Source: an uncultured Planctomycetia bacterium
GTDB lineage: Bacteria; 4484-113; JAGGVC01
DNA length: 64,000 nucleotides
Assembly: GCA_964388445.1 (NCBI GenBank)
Contig: CAYMAI010000009.1
Location: forward strand, 32,807-96,806
Reading direction: 5' to 3'
The notes under the pieces were generated by a model. That model was given only the letters and a program-made list of their open reading frames with translations, was not told where the DNA came from and did no database searches. The position numbers were made by a program, and so were the translations under genes. This document shows positions 48,040-57,886 of the stretch, piece after piece (the stretch's first letter is position 1; every line of letters begins with the position of its first letter).

Positions 48040-50262
48040 TTAATCGAGTTTCGTCAGCCCTTCTCTCAGGGCGAATTTCGTAAGCTCGGCAAGGTTGCGT
48101 ATTTCAAGCTTGTCCATAACGTTTTGCCTGTGCGCCTCTATCGTCTTTACGCTAACCCCGAGTTTTCTCGCTATTTCCTTCGTGTTCAAACCCTGAGTTA
48201 TAAGGACCAGCACTTCGGTCTCCCGCGGCGTAAGGTCGGCGACCGTGTCTTTTCCTGCCGGTTTCCCGGCTTCCGGCTGCCTCGGCTTGACGTATCCGCT
48301 CACCACGGTTTCGGCAATTTCGTGGCTAAGGAACGTCAGGTCCGCCTTGACCGTCCGGATCGCTTGCGCCAAATCGGACTGCGCGCAGTCTTTGAGCAAA
48401 TAACCGGATGCGCCGGCTTTGAGCATTTCCATTACGAAATAGCCGTCGGTGTGCATCGAGAGCGCGATAACCTTCACGCCGGGAAAATCCGCGGTTATTT
48501 TTGCCGTGGCTTCGATGCCGTTCATATCCGGCATGCTTACGTCCATAACGACGACGTCGGGATTCAGTTTTCCGGTCAGTTCCACCGCTTCGATGCCGGT
48601 TTTCGCCTGTCCGGCGACTTCGATGTCGTCGAGATTGTCGAGCAGCGCGGTAAGGCCTTCGCGTATAATCTTTTGGTCGTCTGCGATTAGTATTCTAATC
48701 GGCTTTCCGGCTCCTTCCTTTTCGTCGCGCACTTCGAGCTTACCGGTCGCAACTACGCTTGGCGTCGGCCGCTCTTCCTTGCGGACGGGAACGTTCATAT
48801 ATACGGCGGTGCCGAGTCCCGGCGAACTCTTGATTTCGAAACTTCCGCCGAGATTTATCACGCGCTCCCTAATGCTGAACAAACCGAATCCGGTGTCCAT
48901 ACTTTGCGTAGCCGTCACTTTCATATAATCGAATCCGACGCCGTCGTCTTCGACCGAAATCTGAATGTTCCCGCCGATTCTTCTCGCCGCGACCGTCACT
49001 TTTTTCGCCTTTGCGTGTTTGACGACGTTGACCAAAAGTTCTTGCACGCTTCTGAAAAGCATGAATCTGGCGTTTTCGTCCAGCGGTTTCGGCCAGCCGT
49101 CGTCGAAAAAGTCCGCATCCAAGCCGTATTCCTCGCGTACGCGGCGCACGAGCCATCCAAGCGCCGCCTCAAAGCTGAGTTCGTGCAGAACCGGCGGGCT
49201 GATTTCGAACGTGAGCCACCTGGTCGCGTGAACCGCCTTGTCGAGATGTCCGATTATCGGCGCAAGTCCGTTCACCGGGTTTTCCTCGTATTCCTGCAGC
49301 TTAATTTTCGCAATCGCCAGCACATGTCCGACGTTGTCGTGCAGCAGCGCCGCGATTCGTTTGCGCTCACGCTCTTCGATAATGGAAAGTTCCGAGGCGA
49401 GATAGCGCAGCTGACGCTGATAATCCATAATCATCGCATCCGAGCGCTTGTTTTCGATAATCTCCGCCATCAAGTCCGCAATCGCTTTTAAAAGCAGCGA
49501 TTCTTCCTTTAAAAACGGCCCGTCGTCCGCGGGCGGCATTTCGCGAGAGTAACAAACTTCGATTTCGCCGAGTGCGACTCCGCCCGAAATTATTCTGCAC
49601 GCCTGCCGCCATTGGGATTTATCAAACCCCACGGTGGCGAACTCCCGGTCTTCGACCAGAATTCTTGCGCTCGTTATTTCGGGATACTGCCACGCCGGCG
49701 GTATCGCTTCCGCCGCTTTGCGCAGGAATTCGTTCAACGATAGTTCCTTGTGCTGTGCCAAGCTCGAAATTGTATAAAGGCAGTTAAGCTCCTTTACGCG
49801 TTCCTTTAGTTCATGCTCCCGCTTCCGCAGTTCCATGCCGGTGCGCCACTGCTCCGTAATGTCCTCGAAAAAGCCGAGCGCGCCAAGAAACTCCTTTTTG
49901 TCCGACATTACGCCGATGAAAAAGGCGCGAATCGCCGCCTGCCTTCCGCCGGTTACGGACGTATATTCGCCCTCGAACAGCCCCAATTTTCCGGCGAAGG
50001 CCTTTCGCACTGCGGCCGCCATCTTTTCGTCGGCAATGTCTTCGAGCATGTTGAAGCCGACTATTTTGCCCCGCGTGGCTCCCATCATTTCCGCGATTTT
50101 CTCGTTACAATCGACGATGACGCCGTCGGTGCTTAAATTGATTATGCCGATAGGGGAGTGTTTGAAAATGATTTTGCAAAGCTCTTCCGAGTTGGGATGA
50201 GCCGGACGCGCATTTGCGCCTCCGGATTTCTTACGGCCGGGTTTCGCTTCGCCGCTGCCCAT
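48040..50262 (-). CDS. Fused sensor histidine kinase / response regulator: PAS - GAF-like - HisKA_3 - HATPase - REC - LuxR HTH
   Basis: HisKA_3 H-box ERERKRIAALLHDNVGHVL, HATPase G-boxes, receiver ILIADDQKIIREGL...MDVSMPDMNG, C-terminal LuxR HTH (LTPRETEVLVLITQGLNTKEIARKLGVSVKTIEAHRQNVMDKL). ATG 50262 preceded by AAAGGAG; ORF-track start 50298. Confidence 0.85.
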   Translation of the reverse strand: MGSGEAKPGRKKSGGANARPAHPNSEELCKIIFKHSPIGIINLSTDGVIVDCNEKIAEMMGATRGKIVGFNMLEDIADEKMAAAVRKAFAGKLGLFEGEYTSVTGGRQAAIRAFFIGVMSDKKEFLGALGFFEDITEQWRTGMELRKREHELKERVKELNCLYTISSLAQHKELSLNEFLRKAAEAIPPAWQYPEITSARILVEDREFATVGFDKSQWRQACRIISGGVALGEIEVCYSREMPPADDGPFLKEESLLLKAIADLMAEIIENKRSDAMIMDYQRQLRYLASELSIIEERERKRIAALLHDNVGHVLAIAKIKLQEYEENPVNGLAPIIGHLDKAVHATRWLTFEISPPVLHELSFEAALGWLVRRVREEYGLDADFFDDGWPKPLDENARFMLFRSVQELLVNVVKHAKAKKVTVAARRIGGNIQISVEDDGVGFDYMKVTATQSMDTGFGLFSIRERVINLGGSFEIKSSPGLGTAVYMNVPVRKEERPTPSVVATGKLEVRDEKEGAGKPIRILIADDQKIIREGLTALLDNLDDIEVAGQAKTGIEAVELTGKLNPDVVVMDVSMPDMNGIEATAKITADFPGVKVIALSMHTDGYFVMEMLKAGASGYLLKDCAQSDLAQAIRTVKADLTFLSHEIAETVVSGYVKPRQPEAGKPAGKDTVADLTPRETEVLVLITQGLNTKEIARKLGVSVKTIEAHRQNVMDKLEIRNLAELTKFALREGLTKLD

Positions 50263-50487
50263 CGAAGTTTGCTCCTTTGCGCACAAGACGCGAATCAATT
50301 ATGCCTGCCACGGCTTGCCGAATCGCTTCCGGTCAAGCAAGATACGAATTAATACTGTCTTCACAAGCGCACCCAAAAGGCCGGCTTTTTTATCGCCGTA
50401 AATTATCGAAAAAATTATTCTCTTGCAAATCCTTTATTCATGCTGCTTCTGCGCATTTCATTCGACATTTAGTGTACTAATCCGATA

Positions 50488-50545
50488 GGTAAAAATCCCA
50501 TAGGGATAATTCTTAGTAACTTCATGGGGAAAATCCCATTGCCGC
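50488..50545 (+). promoter_or_regulatory. Conserved promoter/operator block upstream of Cys-rich paralog B (AAAAATCCCATAGGGATAAT and GGGGAAAATCCCATTG)
   Basis: ~50-nt block alignable with the block upstream of paralog A. Followed by GGAATAAT and the identical GGAGGATTTTGAGATG start region. Confidence 0.6.
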
Positions 50546-50622
50546 CGTTAAATTCACAAGGAATAATTTGAGCGACTTTGAAACAAACGCGGGCGCGCCC
50601 GCGAAACCCGGAGGATTTTGAG

Positions 50623-50955
50623 ATGGGCAAGTTTTTAAAGGAGCAAACCGGCATACGCGAAATATATGCCGCACGGCTGATTACCGCCGCCGGAATCTGC
50701 GCCACTTGCAGCCGGCACCTCGATTGCATGTACTTGAAACATGCGAGGGGTCCGGTTTGGTTTTGCGACGAGTTTGACGAAAACGGAGAAAACGACCTCG
50801 AAGAGGAAGCTTCTCCCGCCGCAAAAAACTTCGTCGCGGCGATGGAGCCCGACCAGCGCAACTCGAAAGAAGGGCTGTGCGCCAACTGCGAAAACGGCCG
50901 CAGGTGCGTTCTCAGGCGTCCCGAAGGCACAATGTATTGCGAAGAATATAGGTAA
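50623..50955 (+). CDS. Small cysteine-rich protein, paralog B
   Basis: 110 aa. GICATCSRHLDC...PVWFCDEF and GLCANCENGRRC...PEGTMYCEEYR. Divergent from the kinase gene. Confidence 0.65.
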   Translation: MGKFLKEQTGIREIYAARLITAAGICATCSRHLDCMYLKHARGPVWFCDEFDENGENDLEEEASPAAKNFVAAMEPDQRNSKEGLCANCENGRRCVLRRPEGTMYCEEYR

Positions 50956-51090
50956 TCCGCCGCAAAAGGTATAATTTCCATCCCGACCGCCGCGCCGATG
51001 CCGCGCGTGCGTCTTTCGGAAAGCCGGGAGTAATTGCTTGGTATTGCGGATTGTTTTGCAGAGTCACGTTCTGTGAAAAGGAGCATTTTG

Positions 51091-52434
51091 ATGTACAAAA
51101 CCGTTGATGAGTTCATGCAGCCGCTCATCGAAAAACACCCCGGCGAGCCGGAGTTTCATCAGGCTGTGCACGAAGTTGCGGAATCGATTCTTCCGATTAT
51201 CGACCGCCATCCGAAGTTTATCGACATGCAGGTGTTGGAGCGGATGGTCGAGCCGGAGCGGGCGATAATTTTCCGCGTCCCGTGGATCGACGACGAAGGC
51301 AAAGTCATTGTAAACATCGGATATCGCGTCCAAATGAACAGCGCCATCGGGCCGTACAAAGGCGGACTGAGATTCGACAAGTCGGTCAACCTCGGCATCT
51401 TGAAGTTCCTTGCATTCGAGCAAATTCTTAAGAACGCGCTTACCACGCTTCCAATCGGCGGCGGAAAGGGCGGCTCGGACTTCAATCCAATCGGCAAGAG
51501 CGACGTCGAAGTAATGCGGTTTTGCCAGTCATTCATGACCGAGCTTTACAAATACATCGGCCCGGACATCGACGTACCCGCCGGCGACATCGGCGTGGGA
51601 GCTCGCGAAATCGGATTTCTCTACGGTCAATACAAGCGACTCACTTCGTCGTTCGGCGGCGTTTTAACCGGAAAAGGCGCGGAATGGGGCGGCAGCCTTA
51701 TCCGTCCCGAAGCCACCGGATACGGCGTAATTTATTTCGCGAGCGAAATGCTTCAGCGTATGGGCAAGGGCATTCTCGGCAAGACCTGCTTGGTGTCGGG
51801 GGCCGGAAACGTTGCCCAATACGCGGTCGAAAAGCTGATCCAACTCGGCGGCAAAGTCATTGCCATGAGCGACATCGAAGGTTCCATCCACGACCCTGAC
51901 GGAATAGACGAAGAAAAGCTGGAATGGATAAAGGAACTTGTTTACGTAAAGCGGGGATTTCTCAATCAATACGCCGAGCATTTCAAAGTGGATTTCTACC
52001 CGAAGAAAAACGTATGGCACATCCCCGGCGCATCTTTGGCTTTTCCCTGCGCAACCCAGAACGAGCTTCACCTCGACGACGCGCAGGCGCTGGTGAGCAA
52101 CGGAATCGAGCTGGTCTGCGAAGGCGCGAACATGCCGACTACGCCCGAAGCGGTCAAATACCTGCAGGACAGCGGCGTCATTTACGCGCCGGGCAAAGCG
52201 GCCAACGCGGGCGGCGTGGCGGTAAGCTGTCTCGAAATGTCGCAAAACGCCCAGCACCTATATTGGACCCGCGAGGAAGTGGACGAGAGGCTATTCAACA
52301 TAATGCGGTCCATACACAAGAACTGCATCGCCACAGCGGACGAGTACGAAATGCCCGGAAACTATGTCGCCGGCGCGAACATTGCGGGCTTTTTAAAGGT
52401 CGCACGCGCGATGGTCGCACAGGGGGCGGTGTAA
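51091..52434 (+). CDS. gdhA: NADP-specific glutamate dehydrogenase
   Basis: AAAGGAG RBS then MYKTVDEFMQ... GDH signature region (KGGLRF, GGGKGGSDFNP). 447 aa. Confidence 0.92.
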   Translation: MYKTVDEFMQPLIEKHPGEPEFHQAVHEVAESILPIIDRHPKFIDMQVLERMVEPERAIIFRVPWIDDEGKVIVNIGYRVQMNSAIGPYKGGLRFDKSVNLGILKFLAFEQILKNALTTLPIGGGKGGSDFNPIGKSDVEVMRFCQSFMTELYKYIGPDIDVPAGDIGVGAREIGFLYGQYKRLTSSFGGVLTGKGAEWGGSLIRPEATGYGVIYFASEMLQRMGKGILGKTCLVSGAGNVAQYAVEKLIQLGGKVIAMSDIEGSIHDPDGIDEEKLEWIKELVYVKRGFLNQYAEHFKVDFYPKKNVWHIPGASLAFPCATQNELHLDDAQALVSNGIELVCEGANMPTTPEAVKYLQDSGVIYAPGKAANAGGVAVSCLEMSQNAQHLYWTREEVDERLFNIMRSIHKNCIATADEYEMPGNYVAGANIAGFLKVARAMVAQGAV

Positions 52435-52526
52435 GTGATTATGTGCACAATTTATCTAGCTGACACAAATACCCGCACGGCGCAGAACGGACATATAATT
52501 CATCATGTGCCTGGAAGGAGAATTCT

Positions 52527-52904
52527 ATGACGAAAATCATCGGATATCTTGAAGGAACGAACGCGGCGTGGCTTACGACGCTTGCGATGAAAGGCTACGA
52601 CGTATTGCCGCTTTCGAACGGATACGACGGCCACGGCTTGAACATCCAAATGATCCACCTAACCCGCAAGCCGGGTCTGGTCATCGCCTACCTTCACAAG
52701 CTCCTTCCGTCCGCGCCTTACGAAACGACGATCGACGAACTGCTGTACCGGACGAAAATTTTCGACATTCCCGTTATCGTTGTTTGCCCGCAGGAATTCC
52801 ACGACAGGGCAAGGCAGGTAACGCCGGAAATGCCGGCCAACGCGATTCTCGTGGATCCCAAAGACGTCCTCGCCAAAGCGCTCGAGGTTTTGGGCGAAGA
52901 CTGA
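52527..52904 (+). CDS. Hypothetical protein (125 aa)
   Basis: GGAAGGAG RBS, compact alpha/beta-looking sequence. No domain recognised. Confidence 0.5.
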   Translation: MTKIIGYLEGTNAAWLTTLAMKGYDVLPLSNGYDGHGLNIQMIHLTRKPGLVIAYLHKLLPSAPYETTIDELLYRTKIFDIPVIVVCPQEFHDRARQVTPEMPANAILVDPKDVLAKALEVLGED

Positions 52905-52956
52905 CCGCGTGCGTCCGTTTCCAGGCAAATTTGCCAATTGCGCCTTGAGCCGCGGA

Positions 52957-53481
52957 TTAGGCCGCATCCGAAATGCGCTTCAGTATCACTTTTCCGTCAC
53001 GGCGGACTTCGCTCACCGAAAAGTCGAAGCCTTTATCGCGCGGCGTAACCTTGCCGATTGCGACAACGGACTCCATAGCATTCGGCACCTCGCCGCTGAA
53101 TTCGGTCGCGGGAACTTTCGCCGGAACCGTGAACTCCGCGCATCCCGCTTCCGGGCAGCATTCCGCTTCCTTAAGGTCCGCCATTACAAACGCGCCGCGG
53201 TCCGGAAACGATTGAGTAACGTAGCCTTCGAGCGCAACCAATCCTTCGTAGGCGGCAGGATCGCTCCACAGCTTTTCGACGCCGACCTCTATCGCGCCTT
53301 CGGGCAACGGCTCGACAGGCGCTTCGGGCGCGGCTTTTATATCCGCAATCGCCGCATTCGGCGCCGCCGCGGTTTGCGTGCCGGACGCGCCTTGCGGCTG
53401 CAATTTGAAAAACGCGGACGCCGCAACCGCCAGCATCGCCACTACCATTAACGCCGATAGAACAGAATATTTCGCCTTCAT
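52957..53481 (-). CDS. Secreted hypothetical protein, last gene of ABC efflux operon
   Basis: Signal peptide MKAKYSVLSALMVVAMLAVAASA. Contains CCPEAGC cysteine cluster. 9 nt downstream of the permease gene. Confidence 0.55.
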   Translation of the reverse strand: MKAKYSVLSALMVVAMLAVAASAFFKLQPQGASGTQTAAAPNAAIADIKAAPEAPVEPLPEGAIEVGVEKLWSDPAAYEGLVALEGYVTQSFPDRGAFVMADLKEAECCPEAGCAEFTVPAKVPATEFSGEVPNAMESVVAIGKVTPRDKGFDFSVSEVRRDGKVILKRISDAA

Positions 53482-53490
53482 TTTTTCTCC

Positions 53491-54648
53491 TTAGCTTGAA
53501 CGTAAAGCTTCCACCGCGCCAATCCGGGCGACCGAAGCCGCAGGCGCGGCCGCGCCGATAATTCCGATAACGGCCGATATTGCAATCCCCAAAAGCGCAA
53601 CTTCGGCATCCGCGCTGAATCTGAACGCGCCCATAACCGTTTTCATCGGCATCCCGTTAAGCGCAATGCCCGCCGCTGTGCCGATAACGCCGCCGATTCC
53701 GCAAAGCGCCAGCGATTCCAAAATAAACGATGCCAGAACCGCCCGCCTTTTGAATCCCATCACCAGCAAAACCGCCATTTCCTTCGTTCTGCCCAAAATC
53801 GAAGTGAACATGGTATTCATGGCGACCAGCATTCCGCCCAGCGCGAGCATAACCGTCATCAGGTTTGCGACAACCTGAACCGGTTTCATCGCTCTCGCCA
53901 TTCCGCCGTAATACTCGGTCTCCAGTTTCGCCTCCACGCGAATGTCCGTGCGCGTAATAAGGTCGAACAACAAGTCGTCCGCCGCAGTTTGCCCTCCGGT
54001 TTTAACCGTAACGGCCGAAAAATCGGTCCGCTTCGCCGCCGCCATAAGGTCGTCCAGATTCGCCCAAATCTCGCTTTCGAATGCCGTGCCGGGCGCGTCG
54101 AGAATACCGGACACGGTCCACTTTGTGCCCTCGAATTCTATTTCGCTGCCGATTCGAAGCGCGCTTTCGTGAATTCCAAGTTTCGTTGCGGCCAATCTTC
54201 CGACGGCTATTTTCCCGCCGCGTTCGGGCGGGGAACCGGCGGCCATTCCGGTCTGCTCGTGAACGTCGAACGCGACGGGCAATACGCCGCGAACGAGGCC
54301 GCGCATCGCCGGCCCCCCGTGCATTCCGGGCATAGTAACTATCGTGTTGATATAAGTTTCCGGCGAAACGAGCGGCTCGCCATTCTTATCCGCGGCGTAT
54401 CCGGTGCTTTTGAGAACGTGAAAATCCGACGGCTCTATCGCCGAAAATTCCAGCGATTCCGCGCCGCGGCTTAGCACGATTACATTATCCGGCGACCCTG
54501 TGCTTTTCGCGCTTGCGACCAGACCTTTCGAGAGCGACATCATCAATACCGCGACGAACACGGCTACCGAAACTCCGAGCATCGTTATCGCGCTTCTGCC
54601 CTTTCTGCGGGCTAGAGATTTCAGGTTGTACGCCAGCGGCATCCGCAT
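53491..54648 (-). CDS. ABC transporter permease (FtsX/MacB family)
   Basis: N-terminal TM, large periplasmic loop, C-terminal 3 TM FtsX domain. Confidence 0.85.
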   Translation of the reverse strand: MRMPLAYNLKSLARRKGRSAITMLGVSVAVFVAVLMMSLSKGLVASAKSTGSPDNVIVLSRGAESLEFSAIEPSDFHVLKSTGYAADKNGEPLVSPETYINTIVTMPGMHGGPAMRGLVRGVLPVAFDVHEQTGMAAGSPPERGGKIAVGRLAATKLGIHESALRIGSEIEFEGTKWTVSGILDAPGTAFESEIWANLDDLMAAAKRTDFSAVTVKTGGQTAADDLLFDLITRTDIRVEAKLETEYYGGMARAMKPVQVVANLMTVMLALGGMLVAMNTMFTSILGRTKEMAVLLVMGFKRRAVLASFILESLALCGIGGVIGTAAGIALNGMPMKTVMGAFRFSADAEVALLGIAISAVIGIIGAAAPAASVARIGAVEALRSS

Positions 54649-55793
54649 CAGTCAACCCCCTTCAGAGCATATACGATTCGCGCTCCTGCGCCTCGCGCTG
54701 CCGGAAGATACGAACCCGCCACTCCTAGCGCCGCCCCGATTCCCGCCGTCAGCACAAGAAAACTCGCCGGCAAATGAGGCGTTATCGTAAAGCCTTCCAC
54801 GCTCACCGCGAATCCGCCGGACAAAAGAACCGCGTAGGCTATTCCGAAGCCGAGCAATGCGGCGGGAACGGATACGAACAGCGATTCCAAGACCGCTACC
54901 GCGGCCACTTTCGGCGACTCATAGCCTAGCGTTTTCATTATCGCCATTTCGCGCATTTGGTCGCGTACGCTCATCGAAATGCTGTTCGCCACCGCCGCGA
55001 ACAAAAGCACGAGCGCAAGATAGCCGACGACCTGCGCGAAGCCGACGAGCCCCTTGAAATCTTCGATGTTTCCGGCGATGAACGCCTTCTCCGGGCCTGT
55101 CGTCGTCTGCGTGCCGCTGTTTGCGAAGGCGCCGTCGATTTCGAAGCCAAGTTTACCGGCGTTTTTCTCGCTATCCACTAGCACGAGTATCATCGTCGCC
55201 ACGCCCACCTGGTCTATCGAATATTCCAAATACTCTCTGTCTAGAAGTATCACGTTTTCGAGGCTCGACCCCGGCGCCGCGAAAATCCCGCGAAGCGTGA
55301 ACGACACGCCGCCGAGTTCTTTCAGCGTAACCAAATCTCCGTTTTTCCAGCCGTATTTTTTCGCAATCGCCTGTCCCGCAATCGCCGCACCGCGTTCGCT
55401 TTCGAATGCGGCATACTCGCTTTCGCCTATTTGTATTTCGCGAAACTTGCGGAATTTGCCCGGCTCGACGCCATGAACCGCCACGAGATCCGTGGTGGTC
55501 TGGCAGTTGGACAAAAGAAACCTCACCGGCATCGCGTCTTCGACGTGCTCCATTCCGAGAATCTTGTCGTTGTAATGAACTGGCACTCTGGAAAACGGCG
55601 GACAGGCTTTGAACTTCTCAAACACGACCAGCACCTTGTCCCCGCCGGTTTCGGCGATCATCCTGCCGAGTCCGCGGTCTAGCGAAAAAAGCGACGCAAA
55701 CACGAACATAGCGGCCGCAATGCTTAGCAGCGTAAGGCCGGTGCGCACGGGCCGCCGCATCGCATTTCTCGCCGCAAGTTTCGCGATTATCAC
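54648..55793 (-). CDS. ABC transporter permease (FtsX/MacB family)
   Basis: Same architecture as downstream paralogue. Translationally coupled. Confidence 0.85.
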   Translation of the reverse strand: MIIAKLAARNAMRRPVRTGLTLLSIAAAMFVFASLFSLDRGLGRMIAETGGDKVLVVFEKFKACPPFSRVPVHYNDKILGMEHVEDAMPVRFLLSNCQTTTDLVAVHGVEPGKFRKFREIQIGESEYAAFESERGAAIAGQAIAKKYGWKNGDLVTLKELGGVSFTLRGIFAAPGSSLENVILLDREYLEYSIDQVGVATMILVLVDSEKNAGKLGFEIDGAFANSGTQTTTGPEKAFIAGNIEDFKGLVGFAQVVGYLALVLLFAAVANSISMSVRDQMREMAIMKTLGYESPKVAAVAVLESLFVSVPAALLGFGIAYAVLLSGGFAVSVEGFTITPHLPASFLVLTAGIGAALGVAGSYLPAARGAGARIVYALKGVD

Positions 55794-56509
55794 GCCGCAT
55801 TCTCCTTTCGAGTGCTTCCGGCTTCCGATATTTCGCCTTTGTCAATATGGACGAGGCGCTTTGCCCGTTCCGCAACCGCCGGATCGTGAGTAACCATCAG
55901 TATCGTCTTGCCGAACCTGTCGTTAAGCGAACACAGAAGTTCGAGTATTCCGTTTGCCGATTCTCGGTCCAAGTTGCCGGTCGGTTCGTCGGCGAGGATT
56001 ATTTTCGGGTCGGTCGCAATCGCGCGTGCAATCGCGACACGCTGCTCTTGTCCGCCGCTTAGCTGGCGCGGATAATGGTGCATTCTGTCGGCCAACCCGA
56101 CAAGTTCGAGAGCCGTCAACACAAGTTTTTTGCGCTTTTCCTTCGTCAGCGGAAGCAGAAGAAGCGGAAGTTCGACGTTTTCATAAGCGGACAGCACCGG
56201 CATCAAATTAAACTGCTGAAAAATGTAACCTATCGTCCTTGTCCGCCAGGAGGCAAGCTCGTCTTCATTGAAATCGGTAATGTCTTCGCCGGCGATAATC
56301 ACCCTTCCCGCGTTCGGTTTGTCGATTCCCGCGGCAATGTTCAAAAGCGTGGATTTGCCGCTGCCGGACGGCCCCATAAACGCGACGAACTCGCCTTTCC
56401 CGACTGTCAAGTCCACGCCGTCGAGCGGCGTAACTTCGGTATCGCCTTTGTAATAGGTTTTAACGATGCCCCGCATCGAAACCAATATGTCGTTTTTCGC
56501 CGCCGTCAT
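55790..56509 (-). CDS. ABC transporter ATP-binding protein (MacB/LolD-type)
   Basis: [22 protein letters not shown]...[12 protein letters not shown] (Walker A), [14 protein letters not shown] signature, [11 protein letters not shown] Walker B. The 395-aa ORF-track version (to 56977) is an upstream GC-artefact extension; ATG 56509 overlaps HlyD stop (ATGA). Confidence 0.9.
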   Translation of the reverse strand: MTAAKNDILVSMRGIVKTYYKGDTEVTPLDGVDLTVGKGEFVAFMGPSGSGKSTLLNIAAGIDKPNAGRVIIAGEDITDFNEDELASWRTRTIGYIFQQFNLMPVLSAYENVELPLLLLPLTKEKRKKLVLTALELVGLADRMHHYPRQLSGGQEQRVAIARAIATDPKIILADEPTGNLDRESANGILELLCSLNDRFGKTILMVTHDPAVAERAKRLVHIDKGEISEAGSTRKENAA

Positions 56510-57843
56510 TCCTTCGCCGCCACCTTTTGCCCATGTTTGATACCGGAGGGATTGAGGATAATTCTGTCGCTGGCGGATAATCCGGAAACCGCAAGCGCCA
56601 TCCCCTGTTCTTCTCCTTCGAATTGGACCGCCCTGAACGCCGCCCGCCCATCGATAAGGAGCATTACGCCCTGCCGTCCCGCTTCGTACGCGACCGCCTG
56701 CGCCGGAATTCGAATCGCGCTTTTTGTTTTTTCGGTCTCTTCTTTGCCGGTTTCTTTTTTGAGGAAAATGACTTTCACGCTCATGTCCGGAATGAAATCC
56801 GGCGGCGCGTCCGGTATTTCGATTTTCGCCTGTATCGTGTTTTTCTGCAGGTTCGCCCGCGGCATAATCGCCGATACGCGTCCCTCGACCACGCGATCGG
56901 GCAAGGCGTCCGTCGTTATCGCAACGCGCTGTCCTTCGAACACGCCTTGCATTTCCCGCTGATTCACGTCCACCCAAGCCTGAATGCTTCCCGGTTTCAT
57001 AATGCTGAAAATCGCGCCGGGAGATTCCGAATCGTAGCCGGGCGAAATCCAGTCGCCTTCACCGGCAAATCTTTCGAGTATTACGCCCGATACCGGCGCT
57101 TTAACCGCGCATTGCGCGGCGTTCCAATTCGCCCGTTCGTACGCGGCGATTTCGGCGGCAAGCTCTGCACGAGCGATTTCCACGTCCTCTTTTCTCGCTC
57201 CTCGCCGCCTTATACTTACTTCCGATTCCCTTACCGCAACTTCGGATTTTGCAGATGCCAGTTCGGCGCGCGCTTCGTCAAGCTGTCGTTGCGCGACGAC
57301 ACCCGACGCGAACAGGCTCTCCGCCCTCTCGCATTCGGATTCGACTCTCGCGAGGCGCGCCTTTGCGCCCGATAAATCCGCTTCGGCCTGCGCGATTTCT
57401 TCGTTCCTGAATCCCGCCTCCAGCCTTTCAAGCCTTTTGCGGGCAACTTCGACCGAGCTTTTTCTAACCTTCGCTTCCTGCGCAAAAAGCGAGTCGTCCA
57501 GCCGGGCGATGACTTGGCCCGCCGTTACGAAATCGCCTTCGATCGCGGAAATCGATTTCACTTTTCCTTCCACCAAAACGGATGCGATAACCGGGCCGGG
57601 CGGCTTGACTTCGAGATATCCGCCCGCGGAAATATCCCCAGCCGCCGCACGCGATTCGCCGGGCTTTGCCGCGACGAAGATTTTCACTGCTGGCGGCGGA
57701 AAAAATCTGTCTCGCAATTCGAAATGCCACGCCGCCGCCGCAACGGCGGCAATAACCGCAATCGCCGCCGGCGCGCTCGACCGCCGCCGTTTTCTCGGCC
57801 TTCGTTCCGGCAAATCGATTTTCAAATCCTCGATGTCAGCCAT
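56506..57843 (-). CDS. HlyD-family periplasmic adaptor (membrane fusion protein)
   Basis: N-terminal TM, long coiled-coil hairpin (LERLEAGFRNEEIAQAEADLSGAKARLARVESE...), beta-barrel/MPD regions. Confidence 0.85.
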   Translation of the reverse strand: MADIEDLKIDLPERRPRKRRRSSAPAAIAVIAAVAAAAWHFELRDRFFPPPAVKIFVAAKPGESRAAAGDISAGGYLEVKPPGPVIASVLVEGKVKSISAIEGDFVTAGQVIARLDDSLFAQEAKVRKSSVEVARKRLERLEAGFRNEEIAQAEADLSGAKARLARVESECERAESLFASGVVAQRQLDEARAELASAKSEVAVRESEVSIRRRGARKEDVEIARAELAAEIAAYERANWNAAQCAVKAPVSGVILERFAGEGDWISPGYDSESPGAIFSIMKPGSIQAWVDVNQREMQGVFEGQRVAITTDALPDRVVEGRVSAIMPRANLQKNTIQAKIEIPDAPPDFIPDMSVKVIFLKKETGKEETEKTKSAIRIPAQAVAYEAGRQGVMLLIDGRAAFRAVQFEGEEQGMALAVSGLSASDRIILNPSGIKHGQKVAAKE

Positions 57844-57886
57844 CTATTCCTTTCGTGTCGCGCCCAATTGGGACGCGCCGCGGCGT

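Noticed and set aside
48034-48690. 218-aa plus-strand ORF, plus 48904-49491
   Set aside because: Antisense within the sensor kinase gene, which has clear domain homology.
50299-50480. Terminator-like AAAAGGCCGGCTTTTTT between divergent kinase and paralog B promoters
   Set aside because: The GCCGGC core is self-complementary without a loop. The position between divergent starts makes a terminator role unlikely. Probably just AT-rich promoter DNA.
56510-56977. N-terminal 156-codon extension of the ABC ATPase ORF
   Set aside because: The extension is G/R-rich, overlaps the HlyD gene, and lacks homology. A canonical ATG at 56509 overlaps the HlyD stop (ATGA) and gives a normal-length ATPase.
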